From Candidatus Woesearchaeota archaeon (lineage in GTDB: Archaea; Nanobdellota; Nanobdellia; Woesearchaeales; WAPJ01), in NCBI GenBank assembly GCA_047602765.1, contig JBLKOL010000004.1:1-48449 (forward strand): a stretch of 48,449 nt of DNA, written 5' to 3'. A program made the position numbers and the translations under genes. The notes beneath the pieces were generated by a model. That model was not told the origin of the DNA. It searched no databases and saw nothing but the letters and a program-made list of their open reading frames with translations. This document shows, one piece after another, positions 18,545-27,328 of this stretch (position 1 is its first letter; the number at the start of each line of letters is the position of its first letter).

Positions 18545-18757
18545 ACACGAAGCTTTTTTCGATCCCTACATGGTCTCGGTCGCCTACTCTCCAAAGAAAG
18601 CTCAAGCGTAAACGAGTCGTAGAGGAGCGGACCATAAGATGTCAATCTATTCGTCTGTACGGGTTGCGATCGCGTATTCCCTGCCATGTGGTTGAGGTGC
18701 GCAGCGATGGTGTGCCGCACATGCAACGTCACGCAGGTCAAAGGAGGCTGATCCGCA

Positions 18758-20053
18758 TCACGGTTGCCGTTCCTCTTCATATACTGAGATGAACCGGAAC
18801 GCATTGAGCGGTAGTCTCCTCGTTCTGCTCGATGCCGTAACGTAGGCGCCTTCGGTGACCTCTTCGATGCGTCCCGTCTCGTCCCAGAGTGCGTAGAGGC
18901 CGAACGTGCTGATCGCATAGCGGTTCGCGTTGTTGCGTCCCCGATAGGCGGTCCCTTGCATGCCTTCTACTGTTTTCGCTCCGTCACCATCACCTCCGAT
19001 CACATCGGCTGCGAGCATGAGTGTCGTAGAACCGTAGGGTGGGTCGGTATCGAGGATGAAGTATGCCACGGTGCGCGAGAGCTTCTCCATGACGTGCGGG
19101 TCTTCGAAGCGGTATGCTCCGTCGAAGTGGAGTTCGGCTACCATGGCGAGGAAGTAGCGCGCATATACGCTCGGCGCTGCCGATACGGAGTTGATACCTC
19201 GGTTGTACGGGGTTCCGAACGCCCATATGTATGCGGGTCCGATCGGCGTCTGTGTCGTGACGAATCCTCCTGCTTGTTCGTGGCTTCCGGAAGGGACGTG
19301 CGGTTCTTCGAAAATCTGATCCGTCATTTTCCGTGCTTCTGTGAGGTAGACCTGAGCATCCGGGTCGCCGAGGTCCTCGAGCATACGCCCGACATAGTAA
19401 TGGGTTTTGAGATGCGCCATATTCGTATGTGTGAAGTACCGCTGGAAGTAGGGCATCTCGGGCCATGGGTGATCGTAGCGTTCACGCCACTTCGCTTCGA
19501 AATCGTTGCGCAGGTAGTCGAGCCAGGCATCGGCCATCTCGCCGTAATCGTACCCTTTCGGACTCTCGAGGTCACGGTTCACGTGGAGCGCGTACATGAC
19601 ACCAGCAGCCATACCGTGTGAGAGCGCTTCTTCGAGCCGGTGGTTGTCCCGTCCGCAGTAGATAGTGTCGGCGCTCGAACCCGTTCCGCAATAATTGCGA
19701 TAGCGCCAGTTCCGATAGCCGTCTTGAGCATGGAGCGTCTTGCGCAGGTGCGTATCATAGTATGATGCGCCGCCTTCAGGATCCCAGCGGTCCTCGAGTT
19801 GGTCATACGTGTTCTTCGAGAGTTCGTATATCTCGTCGAGGAGTTCGAGATCGCCGGTCTGTCGGAATACCGTCGAAATCATGCTCAGTCCGATGTAGAG
19901 TCCTCGCCCGTAGTTGTACATGTTCGGGCTCGTGGATTGCTCTACGAGGCTCGGATACGCATCGTTGAGTGAGACGAGGAAGGCATCGTAGCGTTCACGG
20001 GCACGCGGCGAGAGGTCGCCCCGGGAAAAGGACGGGTCTGCGCGCAGGCTCAT
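18758..20053 (-). CDS. Aromatic-rich hypothetical protein (possible alpha/alpha-barrel carbohydrate-active domain); C-terminal part of a split lipoprotein
   Basis: Long Tyr/Trp-rich ORF, in frame with the upstream discoidin ORF through a Pro-rich linker. Confidence 0.65.
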   Translation of the reverse strand: MSLRADPSFSRGDLSPRARERYDAFLVSLNDAYPSLVEQSTSPNMYNYGRGLYIGLSMISTVFRQTGDLELLDEIYELSKNTYDQLEDRWDPEGGASYYDTHLRKTLHAQDGYRNWRYRNYCGTGSSADTIYCGRDNHRLEEALSHGMAAGVMYALHVNRDLESPKGYDYGEMADAWLDYLRNDFEAKWRERYDHPWPEMPYFQRYFTHTNMAHLKTHYYVGRMLEDLGDPDAQVYLTEARKMTDQIFEEPHVPSGSHEQAGGFVTTQTPIGPAYIWAFGTPYNRGINSVSAAPSVYARYFLAMVAELHFDGAYRFEDPHVMEKLSRTVAYFILDTDPPYGSTTLMLAADVIGGDGDGAKTVEGMQGTAYRGRNNANRYAISTFGLYALWDETGRIEEVTEGAYVTASSRTRRLPLNAFRFISVYEEERQP

Positions 20054-20143
20054 ATCACGATTCGATGTGGGAGGAGGCGTCGGAGGGGTGGGTTCGGGAG
20101 GCTGCTCGTATTCGAGGACACGTGTATTCGCGTCTCTGTCTTT

Positions 20144-20608
20144 TCATCTGATGGTTACGGTGGTGATCGAGTTCCATGTGTTCTGATCGTTTCCGTATCC
20201 GATGATGCGTACGTATCGTGCTGCTGCGTTGGTGGGATCGTGTGTTTCAGCTTCGAGTGTTGTGCCGCTTGATGTTCCTTCGTATGCTCGTGCCCAGGTC
20301 TCGCCGTCTTCCGAGTATGAGACTTCGAAGGAAGCTCTGCGCGTATCACCACGGTACCATGAGATATGGACTTCTTGGACTTCGAATACGCCGTCGAGTT
20401 CGAACGTGATCCACTCGCCTGCTCCTTGGCTCGACCATCGGGTTTCGAGATCGCTATCGAGTGTGTTGTGTGGGATATTCCCATCGTCGCCGCTCGCTGT
20501 CACGCTGGTGATCGGAAGCACGAACGTTGGATCGCTTCTGAGCGGAGGCGTATCGATAATACATGATGAGAGGAGCAGAGCGATACCGACCAGAATCACG
20601 AGGCGCAT
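20144..20608 (-). CDS. Lipoprotein with F5/8 type C (discoidin/CBM32) domain; N-terminal part of a split gene
   Basis: Lipobox LLSSC; VTASGDDGNIPHNTLD...TRWS...EWITFEL...ARYVRIIGYGN...WNSI. Confidence 0.85.
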   Translation of the reverse strand: MRLVILVGIALLLSSCIIDTPPLRSDPTFVLPITSVTASGDDGNIPHNTLDSDLETRWSSQGAGEWITFELDGVFEVQEVHISWYRGDTRRASFEVSYSEDGETWARAYEGTSSGTTLEAETHDPTNAAARYVRIIGYGNDQNTWNSITTVTIR

Positions 20609-20864
20609 AGAGTTTTGGATCGTTCAACACTTATAATGATGCCTTCTCAACCGACTGTTGGTTCGTATGTACTGCTTCCGCTCGCGGTGATAGGCGTTCT
20701 TTCCCACGCTCATCGATCAGGAGGCGACTACGACCTGTTCGGCTGTTCGAGGCGAGAGTCCGGCGAATGCCTTGTTCTATGACGCCCTGCAAACATCGGA
20801 GTTGCGCATCTGTATAGGCCGCCCCTTCAAGACGCATGACCGAGCCGAATACGTTCGCACGGCG

Positions 20865-21530
20865 TTAGGGCTCGTAGTATTCGATCTCGCTTCCGAGCAT
20901 GATGCCCTTCTTGAGTTCTACGGGACGCCAGTCGTCTTCGACGAGCTGCGCTTCGAGCCATGAGGCGAGTTGGTCGGGATTGCCGATCGTCGCTGATAGC
21001 CCGAGGATCTGAGGATTCACCGCTTGGCGCAGCCGTGTGATGACGATCTCGAGTGTCGGGCCGCGGGATACGTCGTTGAGCAGGTGGATCTCGTCGACCA
21101 CGACGACTTTGACCTGGGCGAGCCATTCGACCTCGTGGCGCATGAGCGCATCGAGCTTTTCAGATGTGAGTACGATGATGTCGTAATCAGCGAGCTGTCG
21201 GTCCACGGCATCGACGTCTGAAGATGAGAGCGCGACTGTTACGAGGTCCGAATAGCGCTGCGTGAACTGGCGGAACTTCTCGGATGCGAGCGCGCGTAGC
21301 GGCACGATATAGAGTGCTTTTCCACCTTCGTAGAGGAGTGTGTTGAGCATGGCCATCTCTGCGATGAGCGTCTTTCCCGATGCGGTCGGCGTACAGACGA
21401 GTACGTTCTCACGGGCGAGCAATCCGGCATCGAGCGCTTTTCGTTGTGCAGGTCTGAGCGTTGCGAATCCGTATGACTCGACGCGTTCTTTGAGCGTCGG
21501 GTGGAGGAGTTTCTCTGATGAGCCGAACAT
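20865..21530 (-). CDS. Stand-alone Ski2/Hel308-like DEAD/DEAH helicase N-terminal (RecA1) domain
   Basis: Q-motif LRPAQ, Walker A PTASGKT, PLRALASEK, DEIH, GLSATIGN and WRPVEL; no second RecA domain. Confidence 0.85.
   Translation of the reverse strand: MFGSSEKLLHPTLKERVESYGFATLRPAQRKALDAGLLARENVLVCTPTASGKTLIAEMAMLNTLLYEGGKALYIVPLRALASEKFRQFTQRYSDLVTVALSSSDVDAVDRQLADYDIIVLTSEKLDALMRHEVEWLAQVKVVVVDEIHLLNDVSRGPTLEIVITRLRQAVNPQILGLSATIGNPDQLASWLEAQLVEDDWRPVELKKGIMLGSEIEYYEP
20871..20896 (+). repeat. 26-bp direct repeat, copy 2 (3' end of the helicase-domain gene)
   Basis: Identical to 18519-18544. Confidence 0.85.
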
Positions 21531-21623
21531 CAATCGGGTGTTCCGGGATCGTTTAAGATGGTTTGCGGCTCGATCCGCACAACGTTTATATACCTACTCG
21601 GGGACGAAACGTAGGGTGTTTCC

Positions 21624-22892
21624 GTGGAGAACTATCTGAAGATACAATCGATCAAAGGCCGCACGGTCCTCGATAGCCGTGGCTATCCGACCGTTGAAGC
21701 CGTCCTCAAGACCAAGCACTACACCGTATCAGCATCGGTTCCATCCGGCGCTTCGACCGGTACGCACGAGGCGCACGAGTTGCGCGATGGCGGTAAGAAG
21801 TGGGATGGCAAGGGTGTTACCAAGGCGATCGCTTCGGTCGAATACATCGGCAAGGCGCTTGCGGGAGAGCTCGTCGTGCACCAGGAGCGCATCGATTCGG
21901 TGATGTGTAAGCTCGACGGTACGCCGAACAAGTCCAAGCTCGGGGCGAACGCGATGCTCGCCGTGTCGATCGCTGCTGCCAAGGCTGCGGCGCTCCACTC
22001 GCACACGCCGCTCTACCGGTGGATCGACCTCCTTTCCGAGAAGCACGATCAGCCTCGCCTTCCGGTTCCGTTCGCGAACGTGATCAACGGTGGCGAGCAC
22101 GCTTCGAACACGCTCGCATTCCAAGAGTTCATGATCGCACCGGTGGGTGCGAAGAGTTTCATCGAGGCGAGCCGTATCGTATCAGAAACGTATCATGCCT
22201 TGCGCCGCGTGATCCTCGAAGAGGGAGGGCTCGTAGGCCTCGGTGATGAGGGAGGGTTCGCTCCGCAGATCGCAACGCCCGAGGAAGCCCTCGAACTCCT
22301 TGAAAAAGCGATCCGAAGGGCGGGTCATTCGAAGACGCTCAAGATCGCGATCGATGCTGCGGCGAGCGAGTTCTACGACGAACACACGAACCGCTACAAC
22401 CTCGCTCCCGGCATCATGAAGCCCAAGACGAACAAACAGATGGTCGATTACTATGCGGACTTGTGCGCTCACTATCCGATCATCAGCATCGAAGACCCGT
22501 TCCACGAGGACGACTTCGGGAGCTTCGCACAACTCGTCGACCGGCTCGAAGGCGTGCAGGTCGTCGCTGATGATCTTACGGTGACGGCTCCTGATCGTAT
22601 CCGTACGGCGATCACCAAGGGTTCTGCGAACACGCTCCTGCTCAAGGTCAACCAGATCGGAACGCTCACCGAAGCCATCGAATCATACAAGCTCGCGCGC
22701 GACGCTGGATGGGACGTGATGATCTCGCACCGTTCGGGCGAAACCGAGGATCACTTCATGTCGGATTTGTGCGTCGGACTCGGTACGGGTCAGATCAAGC
22801 TCGGTGCTCCTGCTCGTGGCGAGCGTACGGCGAAGTACAACCAGCTCTTGCGTATCGAGGAGAGCCGACGCCTGCCGTATGGACTCCTCTGA
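21624..22892 (+). CDS. eno: Enolase
   Basis: LDSRGYPTVE, VPSGASTG, GDEGGFAP, LLKVNQIGTLTE and SHRSGETED motifs. Confidence 0.97.
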   Translation: MENYLKIQSIKGRTVLDSRGYPTVEAVLKTKHYTVSASVPSGASTGTHEAHELRDGGKKWDGKGVTKAIASVEYIGKALAGELVVHQERIDSVMCKLDGTPNKSKLGANAMLAVSIAAAKAAALHSHTPLYRWIDLLSEKHDQPRLPVPFANVINGGEHASNTLAFQEFMIAPVGAKSFIEASRIVSETYHALRRVILEEGGLVGLGDEGGFAPQIATPEEALELLEKAIRRAGHSKTLKIAIDAAASEFYDEHTNRYNLAPGIMKPKTNKQMVDYYADLCAHYPIISIEDPFHEDDFGSFAQLVDRLEGVQVVADDLTVTAPDRIRTAITKGSANTLLLKVNQIGTLTEAIESYKLARDAGWDVMISHRSGETEDHFMSDLCVGLGTGQIKLGAPARGERTAKYNQLLRIEESRRLPYGLL

Positions 22893-23643
22893 ACGTTCGG
22901 AGACGTGGCTCGTCGTCCGCCTTATCGGACTCCTACTGTTCACGCCGATCGTACTTGTACTCATCCTCTTCGGGAGGCGTTCGTTCTCAGACGTGTTCGA
23001 GCCGTTCCGACTCGTATTCCGATGGCTCTTCGAAGCGCCGCTCACGCTCGCCGTCGCGGTTCTCCTCGGATCCGTCTTCGTACTCCAACTGTTCGTGATC
23101 GACACCACTGCCTTCGTAGCCGGTCCGCATTCTCTGAGCGCTCCGTGGACGCTTCTCACCTCGGGATTCGTCCATGGGAGCGTACCGCACCTGCTCTGGA
23201 ACCTCTTCGCTCTCCTCGTGTTCGGGCGCGTCGTAGAATCGAGTTACGGCGCGGCGCGCTGGCTCGTGGTGTTCTGCACGGCGATCATCGCAGGATCGCT
23301 CCTGCACATCGGAGTCGGCCTGCTCACCGCGGATCCTGTCGGTGTGCTCGGAGCGAGCGGAGGCATCTCAGGACTCATCGCGGCTGCGATGCTCGCCAAT
23401 CCGCTTCGTATCACGTTCGCTCAGATCATTCCGATGCCGATCGCCGCCGCTGCAAGCTTCTATATAATCACCGATACGCTCAGTCTGATCGGAGGCGTGT
23501 CTGACGGTGTGAGTTATGCTGCGCACGTCGGAGGACTCCTCGCAGGCGCTCTCGTTTCGATGGGTGCTGCACAGAACCGCACGCTCGGATGGGTGTGTGT
23601 TGGCATTTTCATAGTGCTCATTCTCGCCCTTGGACTCGTCTGA
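22879..23643 (+). CDS. Rhomboid intramembrane serine protease
   Basis: TSGFVHGSVPHLLWN, GASGG (catalytic Ser) and AHVGG (catalytic His). Confidence 0.9.
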   Translation: MDSSERSETWLVVRLIGLLLFTPIVLVLILFGRRSFSDVFEPFRLVFRWLFEAPLTLAVAVLLGSVFVLQLFVIDTTAFVAGPHSLSAPWTLLTSGFVHGSVPHLLWNLFALLVFGRVVESSYGAARWLVVFCTAIIAGSLLHIGVGLLTADPVGVLGASGGISGLIAAAMLANPLRITFAQIIPMPIAAAASFYIITDTLSLIGGVSDGVSYAAHVGGLLAGALVSMGAAQNRTLGWVCVGIFIVLILALGLV

Positions 23644-23674
23644 AGAACACTACGCCTGAGAGGATGTACTGTTG

Positions 23675-24157
23675 TTATCCGAGGGCTTTGCGGCTTAGGA
23701 TCGTCCACTCTTTGATCGACGCGGCGGTGAGAGGTCCTTTGGTATCCCACAGTTCGAGCCGTTTGAACGAGATGGTGAGTGGGAAGGTGAACGATTGTTC
23801 GATGAGTTCTTTGACAGGCGTGGGGTTCTGAGGAAGGTAGACGAGCGAGAGGTGGATGCGATCAGGGATGCGTCCGCCGAACGATCCGCATGCTTCGTGT
23901 GCGATCTTCGAGTACGCTTCGGAAGGATCGGCTTCGAGCACGACCGCAGGATCATCCGTGATGGCGACGCGCTCGAACGTGAGTTCGAACGGTGCGTGTG
24001 AGAGCTGCGAGAACCGCGGGTCTGATGCGTGGCTCTCGAACCCTTCGAGTATCGTTACGTGCGCAGGGAAATGAGGTGTCTTGAAGCGCTCGGCGAGTTG
24101 TGCGATGATCGTATCGTACACCGGGTCGAGCGGTGTGGCCCAGAGTGAGTGGTGCAT
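23675..24157 (-). CDS. 2H phosphoesterase (cyclic phosphodiesterase-like)
   Basis: Two HxT/S motifs (AHVTI, IHLSLVY), SLW near the N-terminus and ELWDT near the C-terminus. Confidence 0.8.
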   Translation of the reverse strand: MHHSLWATPLDPVYDTIIAQLAERFKTPHFPAHVTILEGFESHASDPRFSQLSHAPFELTFERVAITDDPAVVLEADPSEAYSKIAHEACGSFGGRIPDRIHLSLVYLPQNPTPVKELIEQSFTFPLTISFKRLELWDTKGPLTAASIKEWTILSRKALG

Positions 24158-24158
24158 A

Positions 24159-24232
24159 AGCGAGGGGTGGGATTCGAACCCACGAATAAGAGGGTTGCAG
24201 CCTCTCGCCTTAGACCACTTGGCTACCCCCGC
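24159..24232 (-). tRNA. trnC: tRNA-Cys(GCA)
   Basis: GCGGGGGTAGCCAAGTGGTCTAAGGCGAGAGGCTGCAACCCTCT...GGTTCGAATCC...CCCTCGCT; discriminator U. Confidence 0.93.
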
Positions 24233-24257
24233 ATACACGCAAGCACCCGAATTGGCT

Positions 24258-24917
24258 TTATAAATGCTCCGTGCTTCGGGGATGTGCGAATGCGATGATT
24301 CCAAGAAAGATGAGTCTCACGATGACACCGAACCCGATGAGGGCCGGTATGAGGGTCTCGAACACGAAGGCTTCGCTACGAGGTACTGAGAACAGGTAGT
24401 ATGATATCAGAACGAGGATGACGGGAAGGATGAATGCGAGCGGAGTAGCGAGCAATCCGAAGAACGTGGAATAGTTGTACTCGCGTGCGACACGAATCGT
24501 CCAGTTCGTGAGTATGCTTGTTGTGATGACGAGTGCGATAATGAAGAGCACAGATGCGACTGCTACTCCGTACACCACCACTGGTGGAGCCTCAACGCGC
24601 GCACCCCACGCTGCTAATCCAATAGCGACCATATAGAAGAGCGCTCCTATCAGGAAAAGGATTGAGAGTACGGTGGTCAGAGTCGAAACGATCGCACCGA
24701 TGAGTGTCCATCTAGGAGCGTGTGCGCTCCGGTACGGAACGATGAAACCGACGAGGGGTATGAATGCGAGCCATGCGCTGCGTACTCTTGAACCGCGCCC
24801 TATGAAGAACCATGTGGTGGCAGTGGTGATCCAAGAGAGGAGTGCGAACGTGAGAATCAGACCATGTGGTAGTAAGAGTACGTTTTGTACGATGAAGAGC
24901 GATTCCACGAACGACAT
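24258..24917 (-). CDS. WLAFIP-motif membrane protein (DUF5684-like), paralog 1
   Basis: AWLAFIPLVG motif and multiple TM helices; AAGGAG before ATG 24917. Confidence 0.7.
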   Translation of the reverse strand: MSFVESLFIVQNVLLLPHGLILTFALLSWITTATTWFFIGRGSRVRSAWLAFIPLVGFIVPYRSAHAPRWTLIGAIVSTLTTVLSILFLIGALFYMVAIGLAAWGARVEAPPVVVYGVAVASVLFIIALVITTSILTNWTIRVAREYNYSTFFGLLATPLAFILPVILVLISYYLFSVPRSEAFVFETLIPALIGFGVIVRLIFLGIIAFAHPRSTEHL

Positions 24918-24968
24918 GATATGCTCCTTCGTCGGGGGTTGATAAACATGACGATGCACTAGGTGTGT

Positions 24969-25541
24969 TCAGATCGGTTCCTTCTTGAAAGCGAGCAATC
25001 CGACGAACACGAGGCGTACGATGAACCCGAGGCTTGGTATGAGGCTGGTGAGCGGCGAGGCGAGCAGTCCGACCCAGAGTCCGAAACCCATCTCTTGTGC
25101 GGCGCGCGCATTCCACCACCCGGTCACGATCATCTGCACTGCCCATGCGGCGATGGTCAGAAGCGTGCTCACCGTGGCGATGCCGATGACCGCAGACATC
25201 GATAGTCCTTCGATCACAAGGGGTTCTTCAGCGTACGGTCCGAGTATGAGTACGATGCTTACGATCATTGTGACGATGCCGATGGGTATGACTACGACGG
25301 CGATCATCGCGGCTATGAGTGTCCACAACGGCATCTTCGCCACGCGCCAAGGCACGATCATCCCTATGACTGGTATGAATGCGAGCCATGCTCCCTTCGT
25401 GTCTGTCCTGCGTGCGATAAAATACCAGCACGTCGCGATGAAGATGAATCCGAGCAATACGAAGATGATCCGCAACGCTGCAATGATTGAGTTCGTAGCG
25501 GCGGCTCCTGTGGCGAGTCCGGTGAGCAGTTCTGCACTCAC
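24969..25541 (-). CDS. WLAFIP-motif membrane protein (DUF5684-like), paralog 2
   Basis: IARRTDTKGAWLAFIPVIG; GTG start overlaps the upstream TGA. Confidence 0.75.
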   Translation of the reverse strand: MSAELLTGLATGAAATNSIIAALRIIFVLLGFIFIATCWYFIARRTDTKGAWLAFIPVIGMIVPWRVAKMPLWTLIAAMIAVVVIPIGIVTMIVSIVLILGPYAEEPLVIEGLSMSAVIGIATVSTLLTIAAWAVQMIVTGWWNARAAQEMGFGLWVGLLASPLTSLIPSLGFIVRLVFVGLLAFKKEPI

Positions 25542-26095
25542 GGTTGATCACGCCAGGCGAGGATGCCGATGCCTACGAGCGGTATGATTCCGAATACGAA
25601 TCCGATGTAGGGAATCATGCCGAGGAGCAGCGGGAGGGTGAGGAGCAATCCGAACGCCCCGTGATATCTTCGTTGTGCAGCGATTCGCCACCACCACCAT
25701 GAGAATCCAAGGTATACGAGTGCGATTGTGAGCATAAATATGTTTAGAGTTATCGTCAGCAATAAAGGTGCATAGATCAGCATCAAAAAGAGTGCACCAA
25801 TCACGTTGAGTTCGCCGGCGAACCAGATAAACACACTGAATACGAACGTGGGGAGTGTGAGAAGAAAGAACACTACGGTGAGTGTCCAGAGGGGAGTATT
25901 GCTCATGCGCCATGTGAGGTATATGTTCGCTACGGGTATGAAGGCGAGCCATGCGTTCGGTGTTCCGATCTTGCGTGCGATCGTCATGAGCGCGACAGCA
26001 TAATATGCGTAGATAGCGATCAATACGATGAGTAAGAAGGGTGGGTTGGTAGCAGCGGCTCCTGTGGCGAGTCCGGTGAGCAGTTCTGCACTCAC
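25538..26095 (-). CDS. WLAFIP-motif membrane protein (DUF5684-like), paralog 3
   Basis: ALMTIARKIGTPNAWLAFIPVANIYL and WWWWRIA motifs. Confidence 0.8.
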   Translation of the reverse strand: MSAELLTGLATGAAATNPPFLLIVLIAIYAYYAVALMTIARKIGTPNAWLAFIPVANIYLTWRMSNTPLWTLTVVFFLLTLPTFVFSVFIWFAGELNVIGALFLMLIYAPLLLTITLNIFMLTIALVYLGFSWWWWRIAAQRRYHGAFGLLLTLPLLLGMIPYIGFVFGIIPLVGIGILAWRDQP

Positions 26096-26643
26096 GGTTG
26101 ATCACGCCAGGCGAGGATACCGATTCCTACGAGCGGTATGATTCCGAATACGAATCCGATGTAGGGAATCATGCCGAGGAGCAGCGGGAGGGTGAGGAGC
26201 AATCCGAAGGCGCCGTGATAGTTTCTTCGCTCTGCGACGCGCCACCACCACCATGATGAGAATCCGACATATGTGATTCTGACGAGTATCATCACGAGTG
26301 CGAAGAGCATCAGCATGAGAAAGGCAGCGTTAGAGTCGAGCCCTTCACCGAATACGAGGAGTCCACCGATCCCGAGTATGGGTGTTGCCGAAACGGCGAA
26401 CACGATAATGAGCGTCCAGAGCGGAGTATTGCTCATGCGCCATATGAGGTATATGTTTGCTACGGGTATGAAGGCGAGCCATGCGTTCGGTGTTCCGATC
26501 TTGCGTGCGATCGTCATGAGCGCGATCGCATAGTAGACGTAGAGCGCGAGCCCAAAGAAGAGCACGACGAGCATTACGGCGAGGGGTAGTGCATTAGGCA
26601 TCGGTTGTAACGACTCCGTTGCGAGCCCACTGAGGAGTTCCAT
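26092..26643 (-). CDS. WLAFIP-motif membrane protein (DUF5684-like), paralog 4
   Basis: Shares the core motif and an identical C-terminal ~42 aa with paralog 3. Confidence 0.8.
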   Translation of the reverse strand: MELLSGLATESLQPMPNALPLAVMLVVLFFGLALYVYYAIALMTIARKIGTPNAWLAFIPVANIYLIWRMSNTPLWTLIIVFAVSATPILGIGGLLVFGEGLDSNAAFLMLMLFALVMILVRITYVGFSSWWWWRVAERRNYHGAFGLLLTLPLLLGMIPYIGFVFGIIPLVGIGILAWRDQP

Positions 26644-26700
26644 ACGGTTCTAGGTATGCTCGCGAATATAAGAACATCGAAAAGGGTTTTCGAAATCGTC

Positions 26701-27153
26701 TTACTTACGGTCGACCCACGCGAGCACTCCGGGAAGCGCTAGGCTTACGAAGCCACCGACGACCGGTATGAGCACGAGGAGCACGATCCAACCCGGATAC
26801 CTGCGCTGTTCTGCGATCCTCCACAACCAGTAGAGCGAAATCGCCCCTACTGCAAGCATGAGCACAAAGTTGAGGAAAGGTACCCAGACGAGCAGCATCG
26901 ATACTGCCGCGACGATAATCGTCCACACTGGTGTGCGCGACATCTTCCAGATCAAGTAGAAGTTCGCAATCGGGATCCACGCGAGCCAAGCCGGTTCGGT
27001 GTTCAGTTTTCGTGCGATGGTCATGTAGGCAAGCGAATAGTACACGTAGAGGGCGAGCCCTATGACGATACCGACCACAGCGAACGCTGCCATGGCTGCG
27101 AGTACCGCTCCGAGTCCGCCATCCATCATTATCAAGTCTTCTATAGTTACCAC
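26701..27153 (-). CDS. WLAWIP-motif membrane protein (DUF5684-like), paralog 5
   Basis: YMTIARKLNTEPAWLAWIPIANFYL and WRIAEQRRYPGW motifs. Confidence 0.8.
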   Translation of the reverse strand: MVTIEDLIMMDGGLGAVLAAMAAFAVVGIVIGLALYVYYSLAYMTIARKLNTEPAWLAWIPIANFYLIWKMSRTPVWTIIVAAVSMLLVWVPFLNFVLMLAVGAISLYWLWRIAEQRRYPGWIVLLVLIPVVGGFVSLALPGVLAWVDRK

Positions 27154-27211
27154 CTCTGGTATTTTTTAGGGGAAATACTACAGGCCCTCTATAAAGCTTT
27201 GTATGGGCGTA

Positions 27212-27286
27212 CGGACCAGGGGGGATTCGAACCCCCGACCTACGGCTTAGAAGGCCGTCGCCATATCCAGACTAGGCCACTGGTCC
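27212..27286 (-). tRNA. trnR: tRNA-Arg(TCT)
   Basis: Acceptor stem GGACCAG/CTGGTCC; anticodon arm ACGGC-CTTCTAA-GCCGT; T-arm GGTTCGAATCC. Confidence 0.93.
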
Positions 27287-27328
27287 ATGCAGTGAGAATA
27301 TGTGGAGCGGTTTAAAAGGTCGTTGTTA

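Noticed and set aside
18515-18640. 5S rRNA (CCGAACAC motif)
   Set aside because: The match is limited to a few bases and is explained by the duplicated helicase 3' end; no 5S helices are present.
25495-26525. Diversity-generating retroelement (template/variable repeat pair) in the paralog array
   Set aside because: Differences between repeat copies are mostly synonymous and not adenine-specific, both copies are coding, and there is no reverse transcriptase in the window.
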